From contig CP051526.1 in NCBI GenBank assembly GCA_050916045.1, forward strand, positions 2,048,001 to 2,112,000: a stretch of DNA of 64,000 nt, written 5' to 3'. Within the stretch, counting starts at the first letter, position 1. Each line of letters begins with the position of its first letter. Origin of the DNA: Tepidisphaera sp. (GTDB taxonomy: Bacteria > Planctomycetota > Phycisphaerae > Phycisphaerales > UBA1924). The notes under the pieces were generated by a model that saw only the letters and a program-made list of their open reading frames with translations, had not been told where the DNA came from and did not search any database. The translations under genes were made by a program, and so were the position numbers. Positions 61,795 to 64,000 of this stretch are shown here, piece after piece.

Positions 61795-64000
61795 GCTTTG
61801 GTCCCCAGGTTCGTGATCCCGCTTCTCTCCATCGCGACGGCAGCGTTGATGAACGCAAGATGCGAGTACGCTTGCGCGACATTGCCCAGAGCGACCCCGT
61901 GCTTCGGGTCGAACTGCTCGGTCAGAATGCTGGTGGATCGGAACATCCCGGCAAAGCTCTCAAAGAGCGACACCGCCTCTTCGGTGCGCCCCACGCTCAG
62001 GAGCGATTCAATCAGCCAACCGGTGCAGATGTGCATACCGCCCTCGCCCCCCGGAAGTCCGTCATCAGCTCGGTATCGGCGCACCGTCGGTCCCTCACGA
62101 AGCTCGGACATCACAAACGCCACCGTGGAGGCCCATCTCGGATCCTCACGCGGGATCAGGCCCGTCAGACCGAGCATCAGCACCGACGCGTCCGGATAGG
62201 TGTGGTCGTACGCACCGGTAAAGGTGCCCATCGACGCGTTCCAGCCTCTTTCGAGCACCTCCTGACGGATCCTGTCGCGAAGACGAACCCATTCGGCGTT
62301 TCGCTCGCCATAGATCGCATCCTGCACCACCAGAGCACGCTCCAGAGTGTGCCAGCAGAGCGCTTTGGAGTGCACATGATGCCGGCGCTCGCTCCTCATC
62401 TCCCAGATCCCGTGGTCGGGCTCCATCCATCGCGTCTCGACCGCCCGAACCATCGCACGCACCAGCCGCCAGTGATCGGGCGCGATCGGCGCCCCGCGCT
62501 CCGCGAGAAGCGCCACCAGATCGACGATCGGCGCGAACACATCAAGCTGCACCTCATTCGAAGCCGCGTTGCCGATCCGGACCGGCCTGCTCTGCGCGAA
62601 CCCCGACAGATGCCCAAGCTCCGCTTCCGGCGGCAGATGAGCGCCCGAAAGCGTGTAGATCGGCCGAAGCCGGTCCGGCGATTCTTCCCGCTCCACGACC
62701 TCGAGAACCCAGTCGAGAAACTTCAGCGCATGCCCCGTGTTCCCCAGCGACATCAGTGCCGCCGACGACAGCGCTGCATCGCGTGGCCAGCAGTACCGGT
62801 AGTCCCAGTTCCGCACGCCGCCGAACTGCTCCGGCAGACTCGTCGTCGCCGCCGCCGCGATCGTGCCGATCGGGCCGTAGGACAGGGCTTTGAGCACCAG
62901 AGCGCTGCGCTTCACCAGATCCGGATAGGACGAGGGAAGTTTCAGCGACCGGGCCCACCCCGACCAGAACCGCCGGTTCTGCTCCCGGCGGTCGGGCTCA
63001 TCATCGCTCGCCGGCTTGAGGTTGACCGACCCGTACCGAAGCTCGAGCACCACTGGCTTCCCGGTCGGAATGATCTCCGCTTCGGCTGTATGGTGGATCC
63101 CCTCGCTGCGGATCGACCAGCTCACACCCGGCGACCGAAGCGCAATCGGATCGTTCGACCCCTCGACCTCCAATCCCTGATCCTTGACGCGCAGCCGGGT
63201 CGCCGTCCGGCCATAATCGAGTCTCGGAGCGAATCGGATCCGGGCCGGGGAGGACCCCTCAATGACCCGGATGAGCTCGACGCGCCCGGCTTTCTGATAA
63301 GCCCGCCCGAACGAGCAGTCCAGATAGTCCGTGAGGCGAAGGCCCGACCACTCGGTGACCAGGACGAACGAGTCGCCGTCGTACGAACAGCGGAGGGGCG
63401 GGGCGCCGCCCGGAGGCCCGATCTCGAACGACCCATCCCCGCTCTCGCCGATGAGCTCCGCAAAGATCGCGGCACTGTCAAGCCGCGGCATGCAGAGCCA
63501 CGACACCCGGCCGCCCAGCGACACCACCGCCGCCGTCCGCTGATCCGACAGAATCGCACACTCGTCAAGCTTCACCAGCTTGCGCGTCGAAAGCCAAGCC
63601 CGCCGCCGCTCTCCCAGCATCTCGAGCACCTCGGCCACCTCCGGCACGCTCGCCACCCGATGCTTCGCCGCCGTCTCTCCTTCTCCAACCTTCACCGAAA
63701 CATCCGCCGCCGACATGCTTCGAAAGACGTCCTCGTCAGTAAGGTCGTCTCCGACAAAACAGACCGCCGTCGCCCCGCACTGCTGCTTGATGCGGCGGAC
63801 GGCTTCGCCCTTGTCGGCTTTGAGCACCATGAACTCGACAACCTTCGTTCCGTGGCGGACGTACACCCCCGGAAGCCTCGTGCACTTCTCCATCGCGGCC
63901 GCCATCGCGATCATGGCCTCATCCGGATCCGCGCGACGATAATGCAGCGCCACCCCCGCGGGCTTGAGCTCGCACCGAAGCCCCGCCCACGCTTCCGCGA
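61791..64000 (-). CDS. Trehalose-6-phosphate phosphatase (HAD) + GH15 glycoside hydrolase fusion, 5' end outside the window
   Basis: ELKPAGVALHYR, DKGEAV, VGDDLTDEDVF and VKVG (TPP). GH15: AAATTSLPEQFGGVRNWDYRYCWPRD, GIWEMR, LTEQFD, GNVAQAYSH. Frame stays open to base 64000. Confidence 0.9.
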   Translation of the reverse strand, partial: AEAWAGLRCELKPAGVALHYRRADPDEAMIAMAAAMEKCTRLPGVYVRHGTKVVEFMVLKADKGEAVRRIKQQCGATAVCFVGDDLTDEDVFRSMSAADVSVKVGEGETAAKHRVASVPEVAEVLEMLGERRRAWLSTRKLVKLDECAILSDQRTAAVVSLGGRVSWLCMPRLDSAAIFAELIGESGDGSFEIGPPGGAPPLRCSYDGDSFVLVTEWSGLRLTDYLDCSFGRAYQKAGRVELIRVIEGSSPARIRFAPRLDYGRTATRLRVKDQGLEVEGSNDPIALRSPGVSWSIRSEGIHHTAEAEIIPTGKPVVLELRYGSVNLKPASDDEPDRREQNRRFWSGWARSLKLPSSYPDLVKRSALVLKALSYGPIGTIAAAATTSLPEQFGGVRNWDYRYCWPRDAALSSAALMSLGNTGHALKFLDWVLEVVEREESPDRLRPIYTLSGAHLPPEAELGHLSGFAQSRPVRIGNAASNEVQLDVFAPIVDLVALLAERGAPIAPDHWRLVRAMVRAVETRWMEPDHGIWEMRSERRHHVHSKALCWHTLERALVVQDAIYGERNAEWVRLRDRIRQEVLERGWNASMGTFTGAYDHTYPDASVLMLGLTGLIPREDPRWASTVAFVMSELREGPTVRRYRADDGLPGGEGGMHICTGWLIESLLSVGRTEEAVSLFESFAGMFRSTSILTEQFDPKHGVALGNVAQAYSHLAFINAAVAMERSGITNLGTKA

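Overview
High-GC bacterial chromosomal segment, most likely a planctomycete (Phycisphaerae-like; inferred from VPTPG-type PEP-CTERM sorting tails, a GFTLIELL pseudopilin and a Ser/Thr kinase fused to a beta-propeller). No integrase, transposase, prophage or CRISPR array was seen. Left part (1-28 kb): glycosyltransferase, mutS preceded by a 12 x 21-bp tandem repeat, two PEP-CTERM-type proteins, mntR, an HTH regulator with a PDZ-hydrolase-propeller partner, tRNA-Pro(CGG), a yybP-ykoY (Mn2+) riboswitch in front of terC/alx plus a voltage-gated-type channel with an acidic TGDDW filter, a kinase, a NodIJ-like ABC exporter, an SbtA-family transporter and an FeS-type photolyase. Middle (28-36 kb): a five-gene SWIM / DUF5691 / MoxR-AAA / DUF5682 / vWA (yeh-like) operon. 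Right part (36-57 kb): a large chemotaxis cluster with a double-Hpt CheA and six tandem chemoreceptors that are mosaics of shared sequence tracts, four of them followed by a conserved hairpin. The window ends in trehalose genes, including a trehalose-6-phosphate synthase fused to a membrane sensor-HAMP module. Best candidates for undescribed biology: the receptor-type trehalose-6-P synthase, the Mn-riboswitch-linked TerC plus channel operon, the recombining chemoreceptor array and apparent widespread leaderless transcription. All family assignments come from motif recognition by eye; no database search was run.
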